Positions 25,332 to 38,549 of a stretch of 64,000 nt of DNA are shown here, one piece after another (position 1 is the first letter of the stretch; every line of letters starts with the position of its first letter). This DNA is from Dipteris shenzhenensis (taxonomy: Eukaryota): assembly GCA_047967505.1 (NCBI GenBank), contig CM106538.1. One strand, 5' to 3'. The notes below the pieces were generated by a model, which saw nothing but the letters and a program-made list of their open reading frames with translations, was not told the origin of the DNA and searched no databases. A program made the position numbers and the translations under genes.

Positions 25332-26449
25332 GTGACTTCATGAGTGTTGAGAAAACAAAAAACCTTCTATAGGCTTCCTTATATAAAAACCTAAATATTA
25401 AGGATTTTCATTTGAAATTTTGCAGGTTTTAAGCAAAAGTATATGTAAAATGCCTTGGCTTTTAAAAACCTTCTATTTTCAAATTTGAAGGTTAATTTCT
25501 AAAATTTTCCATTCACATGAGAGTAAACCTTTGTCTTTCGTGAACACTACCCACATGCCATGTAGGACACCTTCCAAGCCCTTCCTCCCACAAAAACGTT
25601 CCTATCAATTCTCTAGAGCCTATGAGTGACATTTGGTATTGAGCATATGTGAGACAGAATCATGAAAGTCGTCTCTCATCAAGCATATGGTGCAAGGTAA
25701 ACAACTCCCCCAACTTGTTAGCGATACATGTCTTGTAGTCCCCATCCTAGCAAAGTCCCAAAATCTTGATGTCATCAATGCCATTTAGCACATATGCTCC
25801 TTGAAATTTTCCACATGTTCTTCCACAAATTTGAGCCTTTCAGTTCAAGCTTAAGCTCCCAAATATAATGGACATGGTGAAAGCCATTCCTCTGTTTCCA
25901 CCCTTCAAATTCTAGCTTGGAGTATTTTAGAGGAGGGGCTTGCTGTAGTCCTTACTCAAGGTCTATAAAGTGCACAAAATCTATTTACAACTTAGTCTCA
26001 TGGGCATCTACTTCAAATATTGAATCCTTGGGTTTCCCTCAACATGCCAACTTGCATACTTCTCCTTTCTCCTTCTCAAGTCAATTTGGTTAGTTAAAGG
26101 TGCGAGTGGGACATCAAAAGTGCCACACTGACTTGTGAAGCTAGCTCTGTCATGTGTTTCTTTAACATGAGTGAAGCTATACTTCCACCCATCTTAAAGA
26201 TCACCAAAAGCAATGATAAAATTATGTCTTTCACACTTGATTCAACTCGAGAACGTAGGACCCACCTTTTGAGTGTCATTCTTCCCCATGTGTGTTTCCT
26301 TCTTACTTGTGGGTTTAATATGTCGTTAAGAGTATCTCCATGGTGTTGTCCTATTTTAGTTTTTGATTTTTTTCTAGGTTCCTTTGCTTTGATTAGAGAG
26401 GTTGGAGCCAAGGAGGGGGGGCTTGGTCTGCACAATGGAACTACCTCCA

Positions 26450-27140
26450 TTTCACCACCATTAGTAAGTGAAGTATTTCAGGAATGCCAGTGGATTTGAC
26501 AGTTGATGGCGTAGCACCAAGTTCTTCCAAGAATAATCAATTCTTTGGTTGCTTTTGTAGGGAGAACATAAAAGCGTATATCCACAGCTTGCTGAACAAC
26601 CATTAGACTTAGATTTGCATAACCCAAGGTTTGTAGAAGTTGGCCATTTATAGCGCTTATTGAAGAGACGGTGAGGGTTAGGGGGTACCTGTAGCTTTTC
26701 CCTTACCTCTCGAGAGATGAAGTTGTGGCTTGCTCCTCGGTCCATGAGTGCTTTGATGTGCATGCGTGGAACCTGTAGCTAAACAAGCAACCTGGCTAGC
26801 TCTACTATTAGCTCATCTCTTAGTTGCATCTATTCAATCGTTGCCTTATGTAGGGTCATTTGTCTATGCTGCCGGATCTTAGCATTATGAATTCTGGCTT
26901 CCTCGATGGCCTGGTGCTCCATCCTAGCCAACTCTGCCTTGAGTTCTTTTTCTTTATGCATGGCTTGAAGGGTGGAGAGAGTGAGTGGTCAGTAGTATTT
27001 TTTAATTTTCTCTCGTTTAGGTAGCCATCCATTTTTGTTCCATCAAGGGTGGCTATTCGGCATGACCCCTGGGGAGTGATCTCAACTATACGGTAACGAC
27101 ATCCCTGATCATAAGAGATACTTGTTGATTTTTCACACCT
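26450..27140 (-). mobile_element. Ty3/Gypsy remnant: integrase C-terminal GPY/F-like module followed by a retropepsin-like domain
   Basis: RYRIVEITPQGSCRIATLDGTKMDGYLNERKLK, then KALMDRGASHNFIS and, after a frameshift, FYVLP...LIILGRTWC. Confidence 0.7.
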
Positions 27141-28509
27141 TCTTGTTGTTTTTGAAATTTCTTTTAATATAGTGGATATTCCCATGTTTGTGGGCACATG
27201 GATAAGAACTCTCAATATTATCTTTTGGCATTCAAGCATTAATGTGTATCTTTGAATTTGCTCATGGAGGATAGGTGGTTGTAGGTTCTTCCAATTTCTT
27301 TGGCATTGAAACATTGATGTGTAACTTTAAACCTACATATGGAGGACAGGTGGCTATAGGTTCTTCCAACTTTTTTGGAAGGTCTTACAAAGGTTTAGGA
27401 TGTAAAGCAGACCAATGTACTTAGATATAAGTGGGCAATATTGACTACATCACTCATGAAGAATTTTTGAAGAGGTGAGAAGCCTACCTCCTAGTTTTGA
27501 GGCTGGAAGAAGAGGAAAAAGGAAGAAAGAAAACAAGACCAAGTTGGCAAGCAAGGTTTCTTGTGTTCTACCAAAATGTGTAATGAGCCAAAAGCTTTAA
27601 TACTTAGCTTTTATACATAGGAATCTTTAACCTTGATTCTCCACTAAGCCTTAATCTCACTCACTAAGTCCAATGTGGGCTTGTAGCTTCATCCTAGCTA
27701 GTTCTAGTGGAGGGAAGAATGTAGTTGGCTCTTTCAATAAATGATATTACAAGAAATTTTCACAAATATACACTGTATTTAGCAATGTCAATCAATGTGG
27801 CTAACATGCTCCCCTTCCTAAGGTCAATCTAGTCCCTTGGATCACTCATGTCCATTGGAGTGGATTGTCGTCTTATTATAAACATGTGCCATGCCAATAG
27901 CATGTGAACAATTCTACAAAATTGTGTAGTGTGGACTCAGTGTGGATTCCAAAATTGAGTCTCAAGGAGGTCTCTAGAATGTCTTCAAAGTTGATGATAT
28001 GATGCCCATTGAGATTCCAAAGTCAGAAGTAAAGCCGCACCATTTGCTTTAGTCTTAGGCATCTGTCGATATGCTTGATCTCTTTTCTTGTCAGTGGGCT
28101 TCCTTTTATCCAAATTATGATGATCCAAATAAACCTCATAGTGGGCATCATTGCTACATCAAAAACTTTACAATGCTTCATGATAAAATCATCCATTCTC
28201 TCACACATGGTGATGACTACTACTACCTCATCACCTAGAATGTGGGGGAAGTTGTTGTTGGCTCTTTCCCACGGCTTCCGTAGAAAGAGCAGGATATTCT
28301 CAATATGCAAGGTTCCAAGGCTTTTTGTCACCTACAGATATATCGGGATTGTCATTTGTAGTATACGTGTAGCTTAGGACCTCGAGTCGTTTTTCGGTGA
28401 GAGATGTAGGCTTAAGTGTGGTAACCAAACATAGTGCATGCATGTGTGAAAGGAACGTGCATCATCATGGTTGAGGTAATGAAGGCTTTTGCCTTCATTG
28501 GGGGTTGCA

Positions 28510-28660
28510 GGGTTTAGGAGAAGTTTAAGGGTTAGAGGGAGGTTTAGGGTTTAGAAGGAGGTTCCAAGTTTTAGAAGGAGGTTCCACAGTTTAGAAGAGG
28601 TTCCAAAGTTTAGAAGGAGGTTCCAGAGTTTAGAAGAGGTTCCAGGGTTAGAAGGAGGAT
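28510..28660 (+). repeat. Telomere-like (TTTAGGG-related) repeats grading into a 19-20 bp minisatellite GTTTAGAAG(G)AGGTTCCA
   Basis: GGGTTTAGG, GGTTTAGGGTTTAG, then about 6 copies of the unit. Confidence 0.75.
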
Positions 28661-30149
28661 CCTAGTACAAGCGGAGCTTTGTCGCTACTCTACACACACA
28701 TTCTGTACTACCTAAGTCCATGTTGGCACTGAGACAACATACTCCTAGATCCATTTTATTACCCATCCTTGGGTTCTGGCTTATTGTGAGTACGTACTTG
28801 GGTTGCCATGCATGCAGTCCAGTGGCTGTGGAACTTGTGTCGTGCCAGTCAATCCTGCGGTATAGCCTTGGCACCATACAATTTTTGTTTAGTTTCCAGG
28901 TAAACTATATCCACCATTTGTTCGAACAGAGAAACACATATCCAAAAATATTGATTTAATCACCTCTTTTAACACTCCTCCCTACATTTTTATGACTTCA
29001 GGGGTGCTAGTGTGTGGAATATCAAAAGATGTGGTTATTATGGAAAATTGTGAAGCAAAAGTGGAAGGTGGTTAGGACAGACTGCTTGGTGTGTGAAAAA
29101 ATGGAGGTGGGGTGGCCTTGTAAGTGCAAGGTCTAGTGCCCTTTTCTAATAATGTCTATTTTCTTGTGGGATAATTGTTGTTAGAACCGTTAGTTAGACC
29201 ATTTGCATTGACATTAGTGAAGTGAAAAATGCCCTCCTATGTACTCCACTCCTTTTCTCATATGTTCTCGGGTGGGGCACTTGTTGGGTTATTTGTCTCC
29301 TCATCCAATGCTTTCACTTTGTCATCAAGTTCTTTTATACTTTGCTTTTACTTGATGGTGGCTTGGAATTTTTCTTATAGTTCTCTATTGTAGGCTTCAA
29401 CCTCCGCATCTTTTGCTTGGAGCCTTTGTTGGAAATCCAATTCTACTTCTGCTACCTCTATTTAGAAGTCTTTTTTACCTTCATGGGATGTTTTTCTAAT
29501 CCTTGGATCTTTCTTTCAATTATTCATTCCCTTTGCTAGATGCATAGCAAAAGAGGCAAAAGAGGCTCAATAACACAGAAAAGGCAAAGCAAGAGCAGAT
29601 ATGACTACAACAGCAAAATAGTTTGACTGCAATCAGAAAGATGTGTTGCAAGGAATTATAGAAATACAAAAGGATGGAAATGATGATAGATATGCAAAAA
29701 AGACAAACCATAGGAGATCAGTAGTAGCTGATACATTTGATGCACAACAAGAAAGCAAGAGTCTGGACCACCAAAGCAGATCCTCCTAAAGCAGATATCA
29801 AAATTCATGTCAAAATCCAATCGGATTCCGTCCAACAACCAGAATGCAGTAGCAAAGGGCAATTACAACATAATGTGGAAGAGGATGTATCTAATATGTA
29901 TGATAACACCTAATACTGAGGAAGGAGACCATCCAAAAGGCAAAAAGCCTAGGGCATCTTGATACTTTGTTTAAAGAGCTATTACACTCAAAAGTGAAAA
30001 ATCACATTGGACCAACTATTAAATCTTGTACGAGCTTTCAAGGAACAATTGTTTCAAGGTTTGGAAGGAGACAAACAAAAAAAAGCACCACAAGCTATGC
30101 TTGAAGAGGATGAAGAGGAATCTCCAGAAATCTATACATCAACAATAGA

Positions 30150-31480
30150 AGAGGTTGATTATAGAGTTCCAACAATTAATGTTGAGTACAAAAGGCAAAG
30201 AATATGAGATGTCCTAATTGATGGAGGATGTGGTGTTAACATATTATTTAAGGAGTTATTCTAGAAATTATGCTACAATGAGTTAGCTCCAACACCATTT
30301 CAAGTGAGAATGGTTGATCAAAGAAGAATCGAGCTACTTGGTATCCTCAAAGGCCAAGAAATTAGCATATGGGGATTAAGTTTCATTGTGACATTTGTTG
30401 TACTCATAATGGAAGAAAAAGACAGTTCCTACTCCGTGCTATTAGGAAGGCCTTGGCTGAGACTCGAGAGTTGCAAGAGTGAAATAAGACTGGGGAGCTG
30501 AGAGAATCACGATTAGAAAAGGTAAGCAAAAGTTCAAAAGAAGATGATCGAGAAGAAATGAATCTTGGAGACTATGATAACCCTAAAACAGTGCTTGTAA
30601 GCACTGGCCTCAATAGTTCATTCGAAGAACTCTAGAAATTGTTGGTCGAATACAAAGATGTGTTTGCATGGAACTATAGAGACATGAAGGGTGTAGACCC
30701 AAGATTTTGCCAACATAGAATCAATCTCAAAAAAGATGCAACCCCAATGATACAACATAGATACAAGATGGGCCCCCATTATGCCAGACAAGTGAAGGAG
30801 GAACTAGACAAACTACTCAAAGTTGGATTCATACATCCCTTGGACCATGTAACATGGTTATCACCAATTGTCATTGTACCAAAAAAGAATGGAAAACTTA
30901 GAATATGTGTGGATTATAGGAAATTGAATGCTTCCACAATCACTGATCCATTTCCACTCCCATTTTGTGACTCATTACTAGATGTTGTTATAGGCCATGA
31001 ACTTTATAATTTCCTTGATGGATTTAGTGGCTACAATAGGATTACAATGAATCCTGAGGACAAAGATAAAACAACATTTGTAACTGAGTGAGAAGTCTTT
31101 GCATCTAATGTGATGACATTTGGACTAAAAAATGCACCACCTACTTTCCAAAAGTACATCCAAAATGTATTTGCAGAATACTTAACAACTTTCATGAGAG
31201 TATTTTTGGATGATTTTTTAGTGTTTGGAAAAAGGCATGAACACCTTGATCAATTAAGACTATGCTTTGAAAAATGCAGGTTGGCTAGGCTCAGCCTTAA
31301 CCCTATAAAATGTGCATTTGCTGTCAAAAGAGGAGTACTACTAGGACATATCATATCACAAGAGGGATGGAAATTGATCCTAAGAAATTCTATGTCATTC
31401 AAAAGGCAAACCCACCAAAGAATGTGGAACAATTACAAGGTTTTTTGGGCAATGCAGATTTTAGAGATACTTAGCTGTGA
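30150..31480 (+). mobile_element. Ty3/Gypsy pol remnant (protease and reverse transcriptase), with stops and frameshifts
   Basis: VLIDGGCGVN...LLGRPWL; YKDVFAW, WLSPIVIVPKKNGKLRICVDYRKLN, FLDGFSGYN, MTFGLKNAPPTFQ, RVFLDDF, LNPIKCAF and LLGHIIS. Confidence 0.93.
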
Positions 31481-32230
31481 TATGCAAGATGCAACCAGTA
31501 CTCTGGATACAATTCAATGACATCAAAACAAGAAAACAAGTAAGACTAAGACAATCTTGGTACACCCACAACTTTTACTTGATGCACCTTTCCTTCCACT
31601 CCTTACTGCTCATAAATTTACAACATTTTTACTGAAAATGTACATTAAAAAGCACACATGTTGGGCATATTGAATGCAAACTTGTAACTCTACCCTCCCT
31701 TCTTCTAAAATAGCATTTAAATCACCTTGCACCTCACTAGTCAACCAAATGTTTCAAGGTTCTAGATGCCATGTCTCCTATTAGTCTCTTTTCTTTACTA
31801 GTCCATCCAATCTGATAATCACATGGTAAAATATTCCCCTTCATTGGAAGGCAAAGTAACATTTTATTGAATAAATCCCATTAAGCTATTACATCCACGA
31901 GCAAACAAGAATAGAGTACTATATCTTGCACTTTGGACATCTCCATTCCAGATTATATTTTTAAATGTTTGAATGTTGCAAGGTAAGAATATGAAGGAGC
32001 ATGTGAAGCTCGGTCTTCCATATTAGATTGAGTGCCATGAAATCTAAAGCATGAAACAATCATTATATTACAAGAAAGAAAAACACATCGAAACAATGAA
32101 ACACCGGCCAAGAAACTATTGTAAAGAAAGATGATGCATCAAATGCTAAAAAAAAGAAGAATGCCAAGAACTACAAATGTAAGAGACTCAACTAGTATAG
32201 AATGTAAACTATTAAACTCACAAAAATTAC

Positions 32231-32703
32231 ATGACACAATTATTATAGCATACATAATACATAATAAATTACAGTGGTCTAGCTATCACATATGAAATTG
32301 CTATCAAGACCTAAGACCTTTTTTTTTTTTAACTTTAAAGATAAAATAGTAGAATGAAACCGACATATACATTGGCTTTGCTAATCACACATTTTATTTG
32401 CAAGATTGTTATTGGGGTAATACATGCCACCATATAGATATGGGAGCCTCAACTCTAAATATCAACCGAGCTCACAAATGTACGTGACACAATGATTATA
32501 GTGAACTGGTTATCACAAGTATCAAATCACTACCAAGACCCTTAACCTTATTTAAAATAAGACTTTAAAGATAAAACAATAGTACAAAACCAATATCTAC
32601 ATTAGCTTTCCCAATCAGACATCTAGTTGGAAAGGCTAATATTAGGTTGATACATGTCACCATATAGATATGGGAGCCACATTCTTAGATATAAACTGAG
32701 ATC
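32231..32703. repeat. Diverged tandem duplication of about 240 bp
   Basis: TGACACAAT.ATTATAG, ACTTTAAAGATAAAA and ATACATG.CACCATATAGATATGGGAGCC each occur twice, collinearly. Confidence 0.75.
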
Positions 32704-32830
32704 TACTCGATATATCTATATGAAATAAAAACTAAATTATTGGGTCAAAATGATCAAGCTGGAAAATGTGAGCTGCATACCCAAATTCCAACTCCGCCTC
32801 CCCTTTCCCCCCGGCCATCTCCCCTGCCTC

Positions 32831-32884
<54 letters not shown>

Positions 32885-33130
32885 TAGATCTTGGTACACC
32901 CTTAGATTCTTCACAACTCCCAAGGTCTTTACCTTAGTGTTGTTAGCCAATTTGATGCAATAAGGAGAGGTAGTACTAGAGTATTTTAAATCAGCATCTT
33001 TCATTGTCTTCTCACTCATGACATTAATCGATGCACCTCCATCAATGTAAACATTAGAAACCACTTGACCATCAATGATCACATCAACCACAAGCACATC
33101 ATCACCAACATCTATACCTACCTTTTGAAA
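32885..33130 (-). mobile_element. Gypsy aspartic protease fragment, abutting a poly-C/(CT)n microsatellite (32829-32881)
   Basis: VVDVIIDGQVVSNVYIDGGASINVMSE...IKLANNTKVKTLGVVKNL. Confidence 0.8.
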
Positions 33131-34039
33131 ATACCCTTGTGCTTGCTAGCTTTCCCCATTCTCTACTGGTAGTTTTAGAGACAAAGCAAGTAGCTGACCA
33201 AAGGGGTCGGTCAACAAGTCATAGCTTCCAATGCCTTGTCCTAAAGGAAAGTCTGACTCGCTATTTCTCCTTCTAGATGCCTTCTTTTTCTTACTACAGT
33301 GTTCCTCTTCCTAATGTCCCTCATCTAGTTCCTCCTCACTTCCTTCTTCTACTTTTGCTTTACCACACCCTCGTTTAGCCATCATTACCTCCCTTCCATC
33401 GTTACTGGAAATGTTTTTCTCACAAAGCCAAACTATTATTCATACCTCGAGCATTTATTTTTTTCACTGTACAAGAACTCGGAACTTTACAAAGAACTAG
33501 AAATTGAACAAGAACTTGAAACTATACAAAGAATAGTGCCTTGGTTATTTTTTCTTATACAGTAACTTTTGCAAGCAAGTAACACTGTAGATGTTAACAG
33601 AAAAAGAAAGTCTTGTTGTTTGTCAGTGAATGGTTCGCAAATTTTCTTGTTCTTGAGATTTCTCAACAGAATGCAACTTCATTTCTCATAAAGAAAGTCC
33701 ACTCCTTCATCAATTTGTGTCAAAGTAAGAAGCCACGGTTCCTGCACGATCACATTAACAATTTCTCTGTCCGAAGTTCATATTTGTTTATGGATCTGTG
33801 CAATGTGTATAGGATCAACTTCTTTCTTGCATCGTTCACAAAACAAGATTTCTGTGCTATTTTGACTAACGATGTTGTGATGTTGCATTGGGCACAAGTA
33901 TTAAAGTATGGTGCCCCAGTGTTTTTTAAATTGAATTCCCCAATGACCTATTGAAACATCCATATAAGAAGTTGTAGCATAACCTTGAAGTTATGGACAT
34001 ATGTGTTAGACATAAGGAAGATGTTGTAAGAGGTATAAA

Positions 34040-35400
34040 ATTAACATAACTTTTTTATTGAACTTTTTGCTAATTTATGAAACGTAGCTACCTCTACTAA
34101 TTTCTTAACATCTTCTTCATATGTAACAGGAACTACAAAAGAGTATGTAAACAATAATTTCCTTGTTGTTGAATTGTCGTTTGTGAGCCCTAGATTTTTC
34201 ACCACATATGCTGCTACATGACCGTTAAACAATTCTTCTAGCATGTTGTTTTTGACATCTTCAAAGTCATCCCAAAAAGCAAGCTATAAAATAAAGTGAA
34301 CGAACAATTTGAATAAACTGAACTCATGCACTAAATGTGTTAGTGATTTTTACCATATATATTCACTAGCTTCTGTGATTAATAAAATGCAATGTAGTTT
34401 AGTTACCGTTGTAACATCCTCAAAATTTGTCCCATTAGCAACTTTTAGGTAATGTTGTTTAGCATATTGTCCTTCAACATAGCCTACATCTGCAAGTACG
34501 GTGAATTGAACAGCTCTGTTGCGCTGATGTGAACCTTATGGTTCGCATATATATGCCACTATGGTAGTTGTTTCCTTTATTGCCATTTAGGAAGAGCCGG
34601 AAATAGTCAGCTCTAGTGCTCATACTCCATCCAACCAAGCCAACAAAAACATCGCTCATTTCTTGTGAGAAATGAACCATCATTTTTTTGGAAGACAAGT
34701 TGTTATGCAAAACACCTTTGTTGTCTATATATTTGACAGTCTCAACTAAACCGTTAATAATGTCAAATATAAGGCATTTGAAATGTTCCAAAGTGCCCAC
34801 CTCTTTTGGTATGTCTAAAAAATCTTTAGGTACATACCTGCAAGCGTTTGTGTTCATTAGATATAGCCACCTATCCAAGTGGCTACCATTCTAGTATTTG
34901 TAAATGACCATTGGCTCATTTTCATCCCTAACCAACCCTATTGAGCTGATGATGCCTGGATGAGAAATACACAAACATGTAGCTTCTAGCAATGCATGCA
35001 TTTTCTTATTAATTTAATCATTTGTTTCTTACAAGCACTTTGAAGCGAACACATCATCCTTGAACCTTTCCTCTGAAACCCTAACCTTGCTGATCTGTGT
35101 AAATTTACCAATTCCTATATGTGCTTGTGGCAAGAAAATAATTTGCTCGCGATGAAGCAATTTGACGAAAGGTGCTTCGGGTAGCATTGCTATGGATACA
35201 AACATTGTGACCCTGTTGGATATCCATTTGATCTTTTGTGCAACTACCTTTACCTTTATATAGTTGCTCAATTAAAGCAATCTTGCTTTGAAAATGAGGA
35301 TCACTAGAAAGCTGACGATCTACTAATTGTATAGATACATTAACTTGCCCGATTATCCTCAAGCATTCTCCTCGCAAATATCCGTTTGTTAATAGCCAAG
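34040..35400 (-). pseudogene. Atypical protein kinase pseudogene, probably multi-exon
   Basis: One reading frame with stops gives kinase subdomains in order: IGIGKFTQI (I), VFASK (II), LLEA (III), HPGII (IV), Y*NGSHLDRW (V), VLHNNLSSKKMMVHF (VIb) and VGLVGWSM (VII). A probable intron lies at about 34285-34406. Confidence 0.72.
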
Positions 35401-35809
35401 TTTGACTCTCAAACTTTGGCCATTAGCAACATAGTTTTCTAAATGCAATGTCTACTAGTTGTTCCACGAAAGGAGGGACGTTCTTACTATTCACAAAAGC
35501 ATTCCTTAGCTGCTCTTAATGCATATTAGCTAGTGTTAGAACCACACACTATGAATAGTATCGAAATCCAATCCTTTTCTCTTTTCTCATGAATTTGCCA
35601 TGAATTGAAACATTGTTATGCATGAATTTTTTTTAGAAAATGATAAAATCAATACTAAAGAAATGTAAGCAAAATTTGAATGTGAAAACATATTTTTATC
35701 AATATGCATAGGCATAATATGGAAACAACATACATATTGGTTAGTAACAGGTTCATAAAACAGTGTACATGTACATGTACATGTAAATAGAACCAGTCCT
35801 ACACTGTCT

Positions 35810-36800
35810 AGAGTATTCCATTAAGGAATAGAGTATAGATACTAAGCATAACAACTCTTAGAATGCGCACACTATTCCATTGTAGAAATAGAATGTACAC
35901 ACTAAGTTACATCAATATGTTAAACGAAGATACAAAAAAGCTTGAAATGCAGACCTTGTAGCTCGTGTTCACACTATTCCACTAAAGAATAGAATGCGGA
36001 CACTAAACATAATAACTCTTACAATGGTCACACTATTCCATTACGAAATAGAATGCATACACCAAGGTAAGTAAATATGTTCAATGAAAATACATTGAAG
36101 CCTAAAACATGCACATTGCATTTTATATTGCACATATAATAGACACGGCGGTAAAATCAACCTTAGAATGTCCACACTATTCCATTACGAAATAGAATGT
36201 GCACTCTAAGCATTGTAGAATATAATGGGCACACTACATCAAGATGTTAAACGAAAGTACAATAAAGCTTGAAATATGCATATTGCATTTTGAAAAACAT
36301 ATACAGTAGACATATAAGTACAACCAATATCACAATATTCACACTATTTCATTATAAAACAAAATATATGCAGCAAGCATAATGAGACTTAGAATGTCTA
36401 CACTATTCCATTATAGAATAGAATAGGCACACTAAATATATAAAAGAATAATAACATCACACATTGAAAATGTATTTTGAACATATATATTGCATGTACA
36501 CAAAGGTAAAATGAATCTTAGAATGCCCACACTATTCCATTACGAAATAGAATGTGCACACTAAGCATAGTGAGTCTTACAATGTCCACACTATTTCATT
36601 GTAGAATAGAATGGACACACTACACTACATCAAGATGTTAATCAAAAGCACAGTAAAGTATGAAGTATATATATTGAATTTTGAAAGACATATACAATAG
36701 ACATGTAGAACAAAATGTTAATCGAAAGCACAGTAAAGTATGAAGTATATATATTGAATTTTGAAAGACATATATAGTAGACATGTAGAACAAAATAGGT
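35810..36800. repeat. AT-rich higher-order tandem array with about 9 copies of a quasi-palindromic core CACACTATTCCATT...GAATAGAATG, ending in an 80-bp near-perfect duplication (36635-36794)
   Basis: Cores at about 35813, 35868, 35970, 36029, 36173, 36340, 36400, 36528 and 36587, mostly as pairs about 55-60 bp apart. Confidence 0.85.
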
Positions 36801-38549
36801 ACACTAAGCCATATTAATATATAAAAGAAAAATAACAAACATTGAAAATGTAAAGGGAAAAAAATACCCATACAACAAGCATTGGTCACAAAATGTTGAT
36901 GGGTTATTCTCTATTTTCTCAACACAATTGTATAGTTGGACTCTAAACGCAATACCAAATGCATAGCAACGTTGTGTATAGGAGTTTGATCTCTAATTAG
37001 AAAACCTTCAATAGTGATAACTACACTACTTCAGCATTTGCTTTTAACCAAGAATCACTAGGACGGTGCAGTATTTGTACTACAACAAACTTATCAAGGG
37101 AGCCTCACATTGTGGGTTGTAATACCATGCTTGTGTACGCAACTATTTGTACGCAACTATTGTAGAACTATACCGAGCAAGCCAACAGCAATTATAAGTG
37201 GGTGGGCAATGTGAGGCCATGTCTAATGATATTGTCTATGTTGTGTTGACAACTGAGAGACCATGCCTAATGATGTTGTTTATGTTATGCCAACAACACA
37301 ACAAACCTAAAGGAAAAGAGAGGCAAACCTACATTGACCTAGAAAACAAAAAGGCTTGAAAAACATGGTAGAACTCGAAATCAAAACTCAACCCTACACC
37401 CGCATTGATCGATGCAAGGGCAAGCCATAATGTTGCTAGTCTCTACCCCCTATGTCACCTAGCTCCTCTCCTACCTTTGGTGTAGAACTTTATTCTTCTT
37501 CTTCTATCCATTTTGCGCCGCACACATTATTCTCCACTTGAATTTTTCATCATAGATTCTCTTGTTGAGCTTGATTGAGACATGATTCTGAGCTCAATTC
37601 TCTCGTACATTTCGGTCGATGTTGCCTTAATCGTTTACTATAGCACGCTGAGTTGGTCATCTTATGGTCAAATTGTCCTTTCACCACCTCTAGTAACTCG
37701 GGTAACATATGCTCAACCCATGTATGCGTGAGAACCCACCAAGTAGCTAGCCTAATACCTATTTACACAGCTTTCACCATCAATTAAATTGCGAGCCGCC
37801 TTTGTATAGCCACATTATCGTAATTATACTATCTACTCTCCTCTAGGATGCTAGCAGCCACAAACAAATCTGTCAGTTTTCGTCAAAGTAATCACCAAGG
37901 CAATGGTTCTTTACACGCTGCCAGCTACCGTCGTTGGATCATGTGTAGCCTACATCTTGGTATTACCTATAGTCCACGAACAAAATCATTTGCTACTAAG
38001 AGAACTTAATTCTCTCATCAAGTTCGACTGACACACAGCCAACGCTATCAGCCTGCGAATAAAATTTTCTACGGGCCAATGCAGTCATCTCTTTGAAGTG
38101 CCAAATGCAAGATGACGAGATTAGACACGGACACATGGTTTGTGCCACTGGCTTCCCAAGACCATATCCCCGAGACTACTTCCTATGCTCGAACCAACTA
38201 TCGAACTGAGCCTTCTTTACCAACTTGGCCACCTCATAGAACTGAACCTTCGAGGCAAAAGTTTCCTTGCAAAATGTGTGCAATAGATATGGATAAAGAA
38301 GCGCTCACACTGTGGACGTACTCGGCTCGGGATACCTACCTGTTGGTTTCTGCAACTACAAAGCAGGGCAAAATCGATTTGCTCATTTTTTGCCTACCCT
38401 GGTAAGTGGGTAGGTCATAGTAACGATTCAAAGCCTAAGAATGGAAAGTCACGAACCGCATTATTTTATTGAAGGTTTATTAGGTGGCGTTAAGGTATTG
38501 GCGGGGGGCGAAATACCAAGCCATGTGTCTATGAGAAGTGAGTGACCCT

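Noticed and set aside
32732-33097. 121-aa ORF with an ERERER tract suggesting a novel fusion protein
   Set aside because: Read-through of a Gypsy protease fragment into a (GA)n/poly-G microsatellite.
35810-36800. CRISPR-like repeat-spacer appearance
   Set aside because: The spacers are homologous to each other and variable in length, the repeats are degenerate, there are no cas genes, and the context is eukaryotic.
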